From: the human T2T-CHM13v2.0 reference genome, Homo sapiens
Reading direction: 5' to 3' (one strand)
Assembly: GCF_009914755.1 (NCBI RefSeq)
Contig: NC_060944.1
Length of the DNA stretch: 64,000 bases
Shown: in pieces, positions 30,910 through 45,780 of the stretch
How positions within the stretch are numbered: position 1 is the first letter of the stretch
Layout of the letters: the number at the start of each line of letters is the position of its first letter
The notes under the pieces: model-generated
Databases searched by the model: none
Told to the model about the DNA's origin: nothing
Seen by the model: only the letters and a program-made list of their open reading frames with translations
Position numbers and translations under genes: made by a program

Positions 30910-31302
30910 AAAGTCCCCTAGATCCCCCTTTGAGGGAGGCCTTGCTGCCTGGCTGCCGGCAGGGCAGTCTGTAGAGAGCCTTGAGCTGACATTTCCTCCA
31001 GGGTCGGCCTCAGCTGTGGAGAGCTGCACCCCCTAGTCTCTCCTTTCTGGGAGCCAATGACATGAGGTGACTAGGCGAGGCCTGGCCATGTCAGACTGAC
31101 GAGGATCACCCTGACCACCATGCGGTGTCTCATGCACTTCGCTGGATGCGCCAGGGTGTTGGGGGCCTGCATAGTTCACCTCTTCCCTTTGCCCAAGGCT
31201 GCCACCACCCTCCTCCTTTAACAAGTGCTGATCTTGGATCATCATCTCCCACTTCACATTCCTCTTCAGCATCTGCTTCTGGAAAACAACCTTCCCAGAG
31301 AC
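30910..31302 (+). mobile_element. LTR16A-like 3' LTR of the ERVL remnant
   Basis: cctagatccccc..gcctcagctgtggagagctg..tcagcatctgcttctggaaaacaacc; same strand, directly after the pol fragment. Confidence 0.7.
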
Positions 31303-31624
31303 CCAGCAATAGATCAGTGATGTAAATCTCCACAAATGTTCTCCTTGCTCAAATAACAGGTCTGTGTAGCTGAATCGTTTGGTGAGATGGTTTCATTTCC
31401 AGGCTGGTGATGGCTCTGCCATCTGCAATACTTGGGTTCCAAGGGTATCCTGCTCATTTCTCTGCCAGTCCATGCGGGTAGGGGTGGAGAATGTGAAAAG
31501 GAGACGCATCTGCTTCTTAAATGCTTTGGCCTCAAAGTGACATACTGCACAGGGCCACATTCACTGCACAGGGGGTGGGGCAGCCCTGGTTGGGTGCCAC
31601 CTGCTGCCCACATGGTCTCCCCTT

Positions 31625-32050
31625 GGTCTCATGTGGGTCCTGGCAGAAGCTGACATTGATGCTAGCAAGTGAATGTAAGCTGTATGTTTGGGAGACGATC
31701 CTAGGAAACACTAGGAGAGGATGGAGAATGACAAGGAGGGAGGGAGAAGACCCATAACAGGTGTGTTTTCAAGCAAGTTGCCACCTTGTACAAGCAGAGC
31801 TCACACCAGCATAACTCGGGGAGGAGGCAGGGTAGACCATGCCTGAAGTCAGCCCACCAGGAAGGAGGTAACCGCATCACCCACCGACCCTCTGCTCGTG
31901 GTCACTTGAGGCTGACCCCAGCAGCATCAACTCTCTGGTCCTTTGGGTGTTCTCTGTGTGGAGAGTGGCAGTGACTCAGCCGGCAGCCCTCAGCCTGTGG
32001 GTGCAAGTGCAGGGAGGAAACCGCCGCATCAGCCTCGCACCCTTAGTATG
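31625..32050 (-). mobile_element. LTR16-family LTR fragment
   Basis: tttgggagacgatcctaggaaacac..aagcaagttgccac. Confidence 0.5.
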
Positions 32051-32156
32051 GAAGGGAAGATAAATTTTGGTGGACAGTTAGCCCAATATTACCTACTTAA
32101 TATTGTTCTTCGAAGGTACTCACTTAAAAATGGATTTACTTTTTGAAGTATTTGGG

Positions 32157-32406
32157 CTCCTTCCTTCCCTGCCTCCCTCCCTCCTTCTCTTCCTTCCTCC
32201 CTCCTTCCCTCCCTCCCTCCTTCCTTCCTTCCTTCCTTTCTTCCTTCCTTCCCCACCCCGTTCCTCCTTCCCTTTCTCCCCACTCCTTCCCTTCCCCTCC
32301 CCCCTCCCTCCCCTCCCTTCCCTCCCTCCTTCCTTCCTTCTTCCCTCCCTCCCTCCCTTTCTTCCCTCCCTCCCTCCCTTCCTTCCTTCCTTCTTCCTTC
32401 CTTTCA
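32157..32406. repeat. ~250-bp polypyrimidine (CCTT/CCCT)n tract at an L2 tail
   Basis: Read directly; followed by L2 aagcactatgttccaggcactgtgc. Confidence 0.95.
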
Positions 32407-33644
32407 AAGCACTATGTTCCAGGCACTGTGCCAACTACCCAGATTGTAGCAGTGCAGGAGGCTCAGGACCAGCCCTCAGAAATTCCTGTTTGATACAGAA
32501 TGACAGAAGAGTTAGGTTGAAGCCAATGGTAAATTCCATAGAACTGAGGGGATACCCATGACCTTTCCGTGAATTTTTTAAATACACATTTTATTTGTAA
32601 ACAAGGCATCTCCAAATACTGTTTTTTGTTGTTGTTGTCATTCAGGAAAAATGCACACGTGCAAGTGGAAATGATCTCTGTGTTCATGTGCGTCTGTGAA
32701 TACGTGCCTGTGCCTGTGTGTGCCCGTGCATGTGTGTCTGTGGTGTGGTGACACTGTGGTCCTGGGGAGCCCTGCACATCAAAGGGCCACTGGAGGAGTG
32801 GTTCGCTTTGCCTTTGAAGAGACTTTCTGCCTCTTGAATGCAAACACAGCCTATCCACCTTTCCTCCAACTTTAATAATAGTTTTGTGAAAGCCCCAGGG
32901 ACTCTTTGCCTTGCCTAACCTTCAAACCAGATTTACAGTCAAGGAATGTTAGACATGAATTAATTACCCCACTAAATACAAGCAAGACACAAGTGCACAT
33001 AAAGGGGAAGAGAGAGCTCCTTATCTTCCGTACAGAAAAGATTACCAGAAAATGCTGCTGCATGATTCCTCCTGCCGTCTCACCTCCAATGCATTGGGAA
33101 GCCACCTGCTCCGAGTCATTTTCTAAGGAGAATCCCTCCCTCCCCCGACTCCCCCTCAGCTCCAGATCCACAACCCTGCATCCAGGCATGGATCCCTCAC
33201 TTTCAAGGAGGCAGAGGGGCAAAACCCCTGTCTTTTCTATTCTGGGATGAGGTTTTAATTGCCTCTTGTTGCAGATGTGATTTTTCTGCTATTAGTTCTA
33301 CCTTCTGAGAAGGTAAATGCTTTGTGTTGTGTTACAGCTGCTGTGCATTTTGTCTTTTAAATTGACTTTCATTTGCCTCAGCTGTGATTTCACCAACTCC
33401 ATCAGTGCCATCTCTGGAAACTTCTCAGGGAAATAATAAAAAAGTTCAAAACAAACAGACAATGAAAAACCAAACAGCTCTTTATTGCCAATCTTCCTGT
33501 GAACTGGCATGACTTGGGATGCCTTGGGTATATAGGATTAAAAAAAAAAAGAGAATGTTAATTGCTCCCTTTTCAATTTGACTTGAAACTTATATGATAA
33601 AAGTATTTCACTTGAAACTTACATGATAGATAAAAACACTTTAA

Positions 33645-33646
<2 letters not shown>

Positions 33647-33702
<56 letters not shown>
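33647..33702. repeat. Compound microsatellite (AC)19(AG)9
   Basis: Counted directly. Confidence 0.97.
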
Positions 33703-33703
<1 letters not shown>

Positions 33704-35009
33704 AATTGGTACCAAATCTTCTTCACATCAAACTGCACTTTCGAAGTTCTGCTTGTAAATAAATGCTAGAAAAGTAACTTCACAGCTGAGGGCAATGTTA
33801 TGACAATTCTGTAGACTTGGCCCCTTTAGAATGAAAGTTTCAAGATGTGACAAAAAAAAAATGGTGATGGGTAGGGGAGAAAAAAAAGGCCCCTGGAGCC
33901 ACAGTTTATTCAATATATTGAATCCAGATTTCATAAACCACAAAAATGTCACCCCAGAGAGCCTATGCAGAAATGTGTTTTCTTCAGAACTTCTAAAGTG
34001 GAAACTGAAATATACAATGAAGACAATTAGATGAAATTTGGAAAATGTCAAACCTAGGAGACCTAGGACAGCTTTAGTCTGGGACAGCTCAGAAGGGGAT
34101 TCATGCCTGTATACATGGGTTGGAGCGGGGTGGTGTTCCTAAATGAAGGACTGCAACTGCCCGGAATGACAGGATCCAGAAGTATTTGAATCAATTAAGT
34201 CGGGGAGAGCAGAACTTTTTTGAAATTCTGCAACGTTGCTTTGTAGGTTTTTAAAAAATCAAATCTTGATAATTCCATGTCCAGGTGACCCTGACTGTGC
34301 TAGGAGGCTTTGCCTTCCAATTCCCCGTGCCAAGGTCAGTCTTGTGGGATGTTTGCAGCCACAAGGGAGGGAATAGCGGTTTGTAAAGTTTGGCCTGGAC
34401 ACAAATCAGGAGGGAGACCCTCCATGGGCATGCATTTGGAAATTCAGGCTGACCCAACCTAGTTGGGGGTGGGCGAGCCCAGGGCAGAAGAGAATGGGTG
34501 GTGTGGGGAAAGGCCCAGGGGTCAGCAGCCTGGCTCCAGACCATGTCTTCCTTCCTCTCTCACTACGGTTCCTTCAACTTCTTGGAGTCTATTTATTTGC
34601 CTTCACTATAAATGGGGAAACGATGGCCGCTTTTCCAGCTTGTGGTGAGGTTTACAGAGCAAGCCTGTGCAGTGAGCTTTTTAAGAAATTGGTTTGCTTG
34701 GTGATTACTGTGGACCTTTGAATAACCCCTCATTCTCCAACACCTAGAATCACTTGTCTCTTGTGTATTGACCAGGTCACTTCTAGAAGGCAGCGTTTTC
34801 ATGAGCCACCCTAAGCATTGCTGAGGTTGACGGGGGGCATGGCTGTTGATTCCCGTGCTGAGCACCACACAGGGAGTAACTTAGGGAATCCTCACTGCAA
34901 AACAGGGAGCGTGCTGTCTTCAAGTTTTGAGTGAAGAAACTAAGTCACAAAGAAGTTGGAAGACCACACCTCGAGAAAGGGGTCTGTCTCCGTTGTGCAC
35001 CATCATGCC

Positions 35010-35212
35010 CGACTCTGTGGTCCCCACAGTAGCTGCCAGCCCTAGGAGCTACTTACACGTAAATGAACTAACATTTAATTTAAAATTCCATTCCTTCATC
35101 ACAACAGCCACATTTCAAGTGCTCAAAAGCCACACAAAGCCCATGGCTCCCATACTGGTTAGCGCTGATGTGGACCATCTCCATCACTGCGGAAAGTTCC
35201 ACGGAACTGCAC
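35010..35212. mobile_element. MER3 (hAT-Charlie)
   Basis: aaaattccattccttcatcac..agccacatttcaagtgctcaaaagccaca..ccatcactgcggaaagttc. Confidence 0.75.
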
Positions 35213-37100
35213 GAGTCCTTCCATTTAAATCCCAACCCAGGGACAGAGGGCTTATAAAACAGGGTAAATTTGGTAGTGATTATTCACGTGTGAAAAAAGA
35301 ATTGTAGACTCCCAAAAGGAGTTGCCCAAATGACTTCTGTTAACCAGAGGATTGAAAAGTCTATTTCCAGATCATTAACTGCTTGACAGAAGAGGCTGTT
35401 CAGGGAGAGGGGAGAGAATTGGTGATGAGGCTCTGGAGAACATCTTCGAATATTGGGAGATGCTTTTTCATGACAAGGGTCCAAAATGCAGATGGAGCAG
35501 AGTCCTCCTCTGAAGGGGACACCCTCAGGCCAGCAGGTTCCAGGTCACCTCCTCAGCATTTTCCTCCGACTGGAATTCAGCTGCAAAAATGGGATGCCCA
35601 GCCTCACAGAGCAGGTCAATAGTGAGTCTGGAATGTTCCATCTGTAGACTCCCACCTCTCTCCCCACTTGGCTTCTGGTCCTGGCTTGACCACCAACTTG
35701 CTGTGTGACCTTGAGCCTTTGACTTTCTATGCCTCCACCTCCCCATCTGTAGATGAGAAGGCTGGGTAGCCCTGCAGCACCCTACACATCCCCTTCCATG
35801 CCTTTTCTCGGTCACTCATTATTTGTGTGAGGTGAGGGCAGAGCTCAGAGCATGAACAAGACAGCATGACCCACTCATCCCACGCTGTTGACAACATGAC
35901 CCACTCATTCAATGCTGTTGAGATGCCTACCTGTCCTCCAAGTTCTCCAAGCCGGCCAAGTGTGAGGTGCTTGTGGGTGAATGATAACCTGGGTGAGCCA
36001 CTGAGTTCGCCTTAGGGTTCAGTGTCCCTGGGAGTAGAGTAGGAGCCAGGGATTCTTGTTTAAGAAGAAATGCTCTCAGGAGCCACCTGTAGGGGAATGA
36101 AAGAGAGGGCTGGAAAAAGAGCCAATCAAAGAGGTGGGTTCAGGAGGATCCACTCAGCCCCACCCCATAGCAAAGTCTGGAGCCTGGGTTGCTCCTCAAA
36201 GTCTCTCCACTCCTGAGTCCCAGAGGCGAGAGACCTAGGCTGGTAGACTCCCCCTATCAGGCAGTCACTGACTCTGCTCATTCATTCACTCCATATCTCA
36301 ATATTCCCCACCCCTGTAGAGGAGGAGATACAGCTTCTCAGGCACCCCCAGGCGAGGTGGCTTCCACTGGCCAATAGCAGTCTTCCAAAGATTGGTGCCT
36401 GTGTGAGCCATGAGTTGTTGTGGGGAGGGAGCGAGTGTATCAGGCACGTAATGGGGCTTTGGGCAGACACCCATAGCTTCCCCTACACAGTTCTAGCATC
36501 TTTGTTTTCACAATTATTCTATTGTTGAAAGGCAAGGAAAGGGCATTTGATTTCTGTTTGAACTTCTCTCAGTCCAGGTTCTTGCTTTTGCTTTGCCTTT
36601 TTTCAAGTAGAGGTACATTTTCATTCCTTCCACTGTTTATTGCGGTCCCTCAAATAGCAGTTATATCTCCTCCCCGGGAAGAAATGAAACCATCTGGTTT
36701 TGTCCCCAGCTAGCTGTGCCATGATAAATGACAGCTCAAAGGTTTCAGCCAGCACAGAGCACAGTGGAAAGTCGCCTCATTAACAAAGTGTATCATTGCA
36801 TGTTCTGGAACAATCCATCTCAAAGGGGCCTGCATTAATTAGGAATATTTTCATTCAGCATGAGGCTGTGGTAGAACATTTGGCCGAATGGAAACAGGAA
36901 AGACATACCCAATTGCCCAGTTCACCAACATGTTTTGCAAAGCCTTGGTATTTAAATGTCTCTAAATAGACATTGCATTTGGCTTGATGCAACCTCCCCA
37001 TTTAAGATTCCCATTTAAAACTTTTGCCTTATACATGTGATACTTTTCTCATTAGTCAAAGTGTTTCCTTCTAACAAGGTAAGGTGGTCGGGGAGGTTGA

Positions 37101-37379
<279 letters not shown>

Positions 37380-37619
37380 TAGGCTTGTGTCTGTGTCTCA
37401 ACAGCTGAGAGAAGCCTCTGGCTTCAGCTTATGCATCTTCAAAGCCTCAGATGTCTCAATGCCCTGGAAGTAGCCAAATTAAATCTGACAATGATTAGGA
37501 GAGTAAGAATGTTACAGTACATGCTCTTCCTTGTAAAAGGCCGGAATTAGGTCTGGGTTGCCCCTGGCTTCCCGTTTGTAGCACAGATAGATTGGAAGTG
37601 GTGTTGGAAACAGCTCAGT

Positions 37620-37830
37620 AGGTAGACCATGAGTTGGGAGTTCGGATGGACCTGAATTCAAAATCCCAGTGCTGCCACTTATTGGCTGTGGATTTTGGAT
37701 AATTCATTTAAACTCTAAGCCTCAATTTCCTCCTCTGTAAAATGGGAAAAATAATATAAATCTTATAGCATTGCTATGACAATTAAGTGTACAGAGTAAA
37801 TGCCTAATACACATTAGCTATCATTATTGT
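37620..37830 (+). mobile_element. MIR
   Basis: ctctaagcctcaatttcctcctctgtaaaatggg core; tail ttagctatcattatt. Confidence 0.85.
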
Positions 37831-39689
37831 TAATGACAATATACTGGCCTAAGGTTCCCATAGGGCTCAAAGGCAAAGTCCTTGAAGAAGGGTCCTCCTT
37901 CCTGGAGGGAGTTTATTTCACATGTATTTTCTGGAGCTTTCTTATCAGAGGGTATTGACATTTCAGTTTCTGGTCTTCACCTCAGAGAAGAGAGTGTGGG
38001 TGGGAAGACCCCTCTTGGGAGCTGGGCTTGTCTTGACTCCTACTTGGGGGAATTTCATACTAAGTAAGAGAGGTCAGCTTTCTTTATGGAAACTCAGCCT
38101 TCTCCCTGGACTGGGCAGCTCAGAACAACACAGGCTGCAAGAGAGCTTTTGTGTCTTTCTCCGGAAGGCAACAAGGCTAAGAATGTAAGAGTGTAGGTCA
38201 GTTGGTGACCTCAGAGCTCAGAATTCTAGTGGACTCTGATGGTCCTGCTGATAAGAAATAATGAAAAAAAAATTCTAGAGATAAGGGTTAAAGAAGATTC
38301 CCACGCCAATCACTTTCCCTCCCAATTACGGAAGAGAAAGACGTAGAATATAATATCATAAGATTTAGAAGATGACAAAATAACCTTGCCTTTTCTCCTC
38401 CTTGGGTGAAATTTCTTCCATTTTTGGACCCATTTCTACTTCGCTTACCAGCTCACATATGTCTGCATGAGTTTAATTAGGATGAAACATCCATGATTCA
38501 GCACACTCTTTGGCAAATGAGGGAAATAAGCACAGAAATAAAGACAGGAAACTACACTTGCATGCAAGTCTTGATCACCTGGGATTCATGGCAAATCTTC
38601 CCCTGGGGCTCTCAAGGCTGCGTAGGATACAGATTTAAAGAGGGAAGCAGGAGATGGCCTGGAGGGGGTGGCGAGGCTCTGGTGGTGAGGCTCCCTGCCT
38701 GGAGAGAGAACACAGAAGTTCCTAGGAGGGAGAAGTTCCTCGTACTGCCCTGCTTACCACTGTCGTTTTTTTGCAAGAAGGAAAAGGCATTTAAAAGTGC
38801 TTTGAGACAGTCCTGTAATGGATCAAACAATTAAATTCAACATGTGTCTCTTTAGCTCAGATATTTTGTTGAAACATAATGAGCGTTCGCCTCTTATTGT
38901 AAATGAAATATTCCTCAAGGCTGCCGTAATTTGGAGAAGGGGATTCATGAGGAGCTTTTCAGCTTAGCCAGGCACAGGGTGGCAAGTGACTGTCAGGGAA
39001 ACTAACTCAGCAGAGGTCTGAGCAGATTGTAGGGACTCAGAGGACGGACTCAGGGCATGGGGTGAAACAGAGGAGGCGCCGTGAGAATTTGTGAATGTAG
39101 GAAGACCGCATGGGAAGGCGGCCTTTTTAATTTGCCTGTTTCCTAACCAGATCCTTTCCTTCCCTTGGAGTTAGGAATTTTTTAGAGGATTCTGAAATGA
39201 ATCAAGGCATACTATTAGAATGATACCATCTACAGGACACGGATGCCCTTGCTTCTCTGAGTGTGGAGGGAAGACACTCTTGGTGCTTCTTATCACTCAT
39301 TTCTGGCTTCTTTGGAGAGAGCCTAAGAGTTGTTCCCATCTCCTGTGAGCAAAGGAGGCTACGTGTCTGGGTGAAGCTGTAGAAGCCCCCAGGCTCAGAA
39401 TTACAGAAGCAGGGGTTCTCTATGGCATCCCACGGGAAAATGACTCATGACAAAGCCATTTCCAGACACAGAGCTATACACGTTTCTCATTCTTACCGTT
39501 AATATTCATGTTTTATTGAAAAGAAAAGTGAAAAACAGATTGTTCTTTTTCCTCCAAGAAGGACCCCGTTTTTGTCTATGAAGGCATGAGACGTTTATAG
39601 AACTTCCTGGGAGGTCCCCTGAAATAAATCCTGGACAACAAAGCCATTAAAAAATGGAGTCAATGATATAATTTTAAAAGCAACATGTG

Positions 39690-39993
39690 CACCAGGCGTG
39701 GTGGCTCACGCCTGTAATCCCAGCACTTTAGGAGGCTGAGGCGGGCGGATCACAAGGTCAGGAGATCGAGACACTCCTGGACAACATGGTGAAACCCTGT
39801 CTCTACTAACAATACAAAAATTAGCTGGGCCTGGTGGCAAGTGCCTGTAATCCCAGCTACTCGGGAGGCTGAGGCAGGGGAGTCGCTTGAACCCAGGAGT
39901 GGGAGGTTTCAGTGAGCCAAGATCGTGCCTCTGCACTCCAGTGTGGTGACAGAGCGAGACTCCATCTAAAAAACAACAACAACAACAAACAAA
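39690..39993 (+). mobile_element. AluSc-like with a (CAA)n tail
   Basis: ggatcacaaggtcaggagatcgagac; aacatgt on both flanks. Confidence 0.95.
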
Positions 39994-40084
39994 CATGTAA
40001 TACCCACAAAATGGAAACAAAGGAGATTTTGCTCTCAGATAAACAGATGTCCAATGTACATGTTTATCTATGAGGGTTCATGCA

Positions 40085-40700
40085 ATAAACAAATAGCAGA
40101 ACACTTGTTCACTCACCTAGAAGCTGACATGTGTTGAGCATCTACTGCGTGTCAAGTCCTTGCTGAGTTCCAGGGATGTGGCTGTGAGGGAGACACCTTG
40201 ACCTTCTCAGAGCTCACAGCACAGCGCTGAGGAGAAGGATGATGAAGTGAGGTGCCCATGTGCCAAGAGAGGAATAAAAAGGAATGGGTGGTGGGTTCTT
40301 TGGGGTGCAGGGGAAGGGGTTTGGAGAGACTCAGAACTGGGGAGAAGCTTGAATTGGATGGAGAAGGAGTCTCCCCTTCTGGGCAGAGCAAGCAGCACAG
40401 ACGCATGGCCACATTGGACGTGGGGAAGGGATGCCAGGTCAACCCTGTGTGGGAGCAGAAGGATGGAAGAGCTGGGACAAACTCACGAGGAGCCTTGGAA
40501 ACCATGCTGGAACTTTAGGCTTCACTATGGAGGCAGCAAGCGGTTAACGAAGCCCATAAACTCATGTAGAATGTGAGCTGTTCTTCATTTTTTAGTGTTC
40601 ACTCCAGGCGGGGCAAAAATTGGACCAGAAAGGGAAGAGACCAGGCCCTGGGAAGTCAGATAGAGGCTTTAGCAAGAGACAGTTGCCAAGATGAAACTGG
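40085..40700 (-). mobile_element. L2 fragment
   Basis: tgttgagcatctactgcgtgtcaagtccttgctgag..gagccttggaaaccatgctggaactttaggct. Confidence 0.6.
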
Positions 40701-42229
40701 CCCAGATGAAACTCCCTGATTTCCTGACTTTGACACATGTCAGCACACATCTCTCATCTTCTAATGAGAGGCAACAGAAGAGAGGTGCAGGGAAGGGGCA
40801 TCTCCCCATCAGCAGCATTTCTGACCCCACCCTATCTGGGAAATCCAGAGAAATAGCATGGGAAGTGGAGAGGGGGGGATGAGGCCTCTCTACATGGAGG
40901 AAACCCAGGAAGAGAGGGCCTGGAATCCCTTCTCTCCATCCTCTGGGATTGGCTCTCTGGAAATGAAGAGAAGGGTGAAGAAGCCCTGGTGTGATTTCTC
41001 AGGGGATGAGCTGCAAGAATAGGTAGGATCCCTGCAAGACCAGTGTTGATAGTGGAGATGGAGGTCTTAGGAAAATCATTTCATCGCCCTGGATAGAGTG
41101 GCTGCCTGTAATGAACATGACGCTCTTCAATTCACACTGAATAAATTAATTGATGGAGAGCACATGGCAGGATGCATACATTCCTCATTGATATGCGTCA
41201 TTGGAAACCAAGAACTAATATGGAAAAAGATTGTGTGAGCATCTTCAGCAGCCCCCAGGTAATCATGAGGCACGAGCAAATCCAGAGGTAGCCTTAGGAA
41301 ACGTTCTAATCCCCTTTCCCCTTGCTGCTGCTGCTGCTTCTACTTTAATTTTAAAAAGTTATTGATGGCCTGGCTCAAAAATCCCTGCTTTTCTATTCAA
41401 GCAGCTTTCTTGAAGTTTGGAAAATAGAAAATACTCTCCTGGGTATAAAGAACACACATTTCAAGAGTGAGTAACCTGGCGAAGTGAGATTAAAAAGTTG
41501 GCCGTAGATACCACAGTTGTCAGACACGGTGTTTTATTATCCAGGTTCTTAAAAGTAAGTGCTAAGTAAAGGTTTCTTCCACCAGTATGCACAGAGGACT
41601 ATTAGCTTGCTCTCAGATTCAGTCTTCTGGCGCTTCTTAGACATCGCCTCCAACACCTGCTCAGCTGAATACCTGATATTGCTTTTTTCCCTCTCTCCAC
41701 CTTCTCTCTCCCCGAGCAATCAAAGCCCAAACAAACACTTGTCATTTGCCCTCTGACATAGCTAAGATTTAAAATGTCAACAATATCTGAAATATAAAAC
41801 AAATCCACTGCTTCTAAAACAACAACCACAAAAAGCACTAATAGTTACAGAGTGTCCCTGTCAGTCCCTATTTATGAGACACTAAAGCATTCCCACCACA
41901 GACGTGGACCCTGGGGCAGCTGGGGAATGGGAGAAGCTATGCCATGATATAGGGTGACGGATGATGGAATGACACTTAGAAGTTGAGTGTTTTTTGAATT
42001 TCATAGGAAATGATGATTGCTCTTGGCATGGAGACACTTGGATCTCCTTTCTCTCCCGAGGATATAGTTATCCTCAGACTGAGCTGGAGCAAACATTCAG
42101 CCAGGGATAAATTTATGACTTTAGCTCATACAAGATGTGATACATTTGCACATAGCCAATTAGCATTGGGCTTCTCAAGCGGATGTCCAGATTCACCCTT
42201 GGGTCCTCAAAAAACTTCCAAAAGACAGC

Positions 42230-43200
42230 TGGATGTGAAGCTGGAATGCCCCAGTTGGAAAAAGCCTCCACTATTTATTGGCTCTATTATTCAGAGGGCA
42301 AGCTAAGCCATCTTGAGGCCTCACTTTCCTCATTTACAGAAGGAATTAACACGGTTTACATGTGGTGTCAAGATCACACGAAAGCATGAACATGCAAGTT
42401 TCCAGCATGGTGTCCAGCCTTCCTGTCTCTCTCCAGACCTCCCTTTCTTATTTGTTCACTCATCCATCCATCCATCATGGACTCCCGGTCATATACCAGA
42501 CACCATGCTGTCACTGGGCACAGAGCTGTCAACAAGAGAGATTGTCTCTGGCCATGTGCAACTCACAGACTGAAGAGGAGAGAGAACTTTTCCAGACTTT
42601 GCTGGGAAGAGAGCAAAGCAGCGATGCTTCAGAGAGCACTGGGCAGGAGAGCCGGAAGTAGTCAAGGCCGGCCGCTGTGGGGTGGGAGAGAGGGGACAGT
42701 AGTGTTAACACCCCTGCAAGGGCATCTTTTTGAGCACCCCATCTGTACCAGACACCCTGCCAGCCTCTGAAAACAACATTGATTAAAAAGAACATCCCTG
42801 GCTGCCACCCTCATGAAGTTCACGATCTAGTGGGGGATATGGCTGTTACCCAAAGAATCACACAAAGAAGTAGAAAATGATGAGATTGGTGTGGGCAAAA
42901 GGAGGGGCTCGGTGCCAAGACGGCCTATGTTAGGGGGATTTGGCCCATTAAAGGGTCTGGGAACATGGCCCTGAAGCAACTGTGTTCGAGCTGAGCCCTA
43001 AAGGTGGAGTACGGCCAGGGCAGAGGGAACTACTAGGCCAGGAGTGCCTGGGGTGTAGGGCAGTGGAGTGCCTGGGGTGTAGGGCAGTGAAGGCCCTGAA
43101 AGGAGGCCGAGGGCAGGGTGCAGCTGGAGGAGGTGCAGGTGTAGGAGAGCCTTGTGGGAAAGCCTGGCCAGGCTGGCTGCCCAGGACTGGGCCAGGCTAA
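42230..43200. mobile_element. MIR (+, ~42230-42420) and L2 fragments (-, ~42455-43200)
   Basis: gcctcactttcctcatttaca; tttgagcacccatctgtaccagacacc; gagctgagccctaaagg. Confidence 0.55.
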
Positions 43201-43673
43201 CAACGCAGCATGGTTCTGCAGATCGCAGGAGGCGGCCCGGGTGCCAAGCAGCGCATGAGTGACCCGAGCATCGGGGGAGGTGCATCTGCCCTCAGAAGGC
43301 AGGCAGAGTCGTTCTCTAGTCTCTTTTGCTCCGTTTCCCATCTTACCCCTCCTTGTCTTCCCTGGGTCGGGAAGGACCGAAGGGGGCCCAGCCCAGCGAG
43401 TTGGGAGCCCAAGTTGGAGGTGACTTCCACCTTAGTTTGCTGCCCTAAAGGTACTGCCCCCGGGATTCCCTTCCAGGGGCATCTTATGTATGTGACTGTG
43501 TTCTGCTCCTTCCTGGTCACCTCAGTGGTACCGCACTGCAGACACTGGAGTACATTTTACTGATGGCAGGACAACCTAGGTTGAAAATTAGTTTTTGCAG
43601 CAATGTTTATAAAGTAAAAGATTGAAAACCCTGTGTCATGTCCATCAGTAGGGAATGGGTTGAACAGCTCACA

Positions 43674-43808
43674 GCAGGACTCCTTAACTCTGGCATTATT
43701 GACATTTGGGGGGTGGGGAATTCCCTGTGGTGTGGCCTGTCCTGTGCATTGCAGGATATTTAGTAGCATCCTGGAGGGCAGAATCACCCCCCAGTTAAGA
43801 ACCACTGG
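43674..43808 (-). mobile_element. Internally deleted MER20
   Basis: ggcattattgacatttggg..ctgtcctgtgcattgcaggatatttagtagcatcc..cccccagttaagaaccactg. Confidence 0.75.
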
Positions 43809-44637
43809 ATTAAGATTCATATACGCTATTGTCTTGTTGCTCAGCTCAAGAAAAGAAGGGAGGGTCCCTTTTCTGATTAGGAATCCCAAGCAGACCCAGC
43901 ATGAGCAGCCCTCCCTTGAAGCCAGCAGCTCAGTGTGAAGAGCTCCCAGACAGCCCTTGTCAGGCCTGGGGACAGAGGAGGGTGAGGACTTGAAAAATCA
44001 CCAGCAGAGAGTAGAAATGGAAACCACCTGTGCACAGTTTTCCTCTATGCGGGCTGGCTCTGCAGCTGCAATAAGAAACATCGAGAAAAGCTGATGAAGT
44101 GGGGAAAAGGATCCAGAACAGATGTGTTTCCTGTACACATTTCAAATGTGCCGGGCAGAGGCCGGCGGAGGCCCTATGGGACGCAGAGAGGCCCTGCTGT
44201 GTTGAGGTCCCAGCTGCCATTTTGCCTGCCTTCTTGGGCTCCAGGATGTTGGCCTCAGGCTCCCCGCTGACCAACCCTGTTTGGGGTTAAGTGAACACCG
44301 CTGGACAGACGTCAAGTCATGAGAAAAACTCCATCCTGAGAGTCATCTTAAGCTTCTTGGGATTTCAGTATGCCCAATTGATTCCAGCTGGTGTCAAATC
44401 AGCATATTTTGCCTAATTACATTCATTTTTGCAGGTGGTCGCCATCGGTTTCATTTACAAGAACTCAGAGTAGCCCCAAGAAATGAACTAGATAGCTGGC
44501 AGAGCAGTCCACAGTGGGGAAAAAGTCTGTTTTTGTGAACACTGAATTGACATATGCTTTTCCATAAACCCAGGCTTGCAAGGAGTCGTGCTCATGGCCT
44601 CCTTGTCTACTTTCCATCCCTCAGTCTCTCTCTCTTT

Positions 44638-45406
<769 letters not shown>

Positions 45407-45549
45407 GATCCAGCCCATGTCAGCCTATCTCCTCCCCAATTGCGGGAGTCAGACACATGTCCCCCGGAACAGAACAAGGTGTGCAGCTGGGGAGGAGACG
45501 TGCCACTGTCTAGCTTGGGGCCCACCTGCCATGTAGCTCCCAAATAACA

Positions 45550-45780
45550 TAGTGAAGTGGTTAAAGGGCACTTGTTCTGGAGCCAAGTGGACCCAGGTCC
45601 AAATGACAGCTTTCTGACTGACTTTCACTCACTTACCTGGGACCTTAGGCAAGTGACTGGTAGCACTGAGGTCCTGCAACATGTGGGCAACCCTATCTCC
45701 CCCGGGGGTGACTGTGAGATCAGAGGAAATGTGTGCAAAGCACTAGCACAGGGTGAGGCTTTGGCACACAGTGCACTGGG
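45550..45780 (+). mobile_element. MIR
   Basis: gtggttaaagggca..tctggagcca..gaccttaggcaagtgact..aatgtgtgcaaagcactagcacag. Confidence 0.7.
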
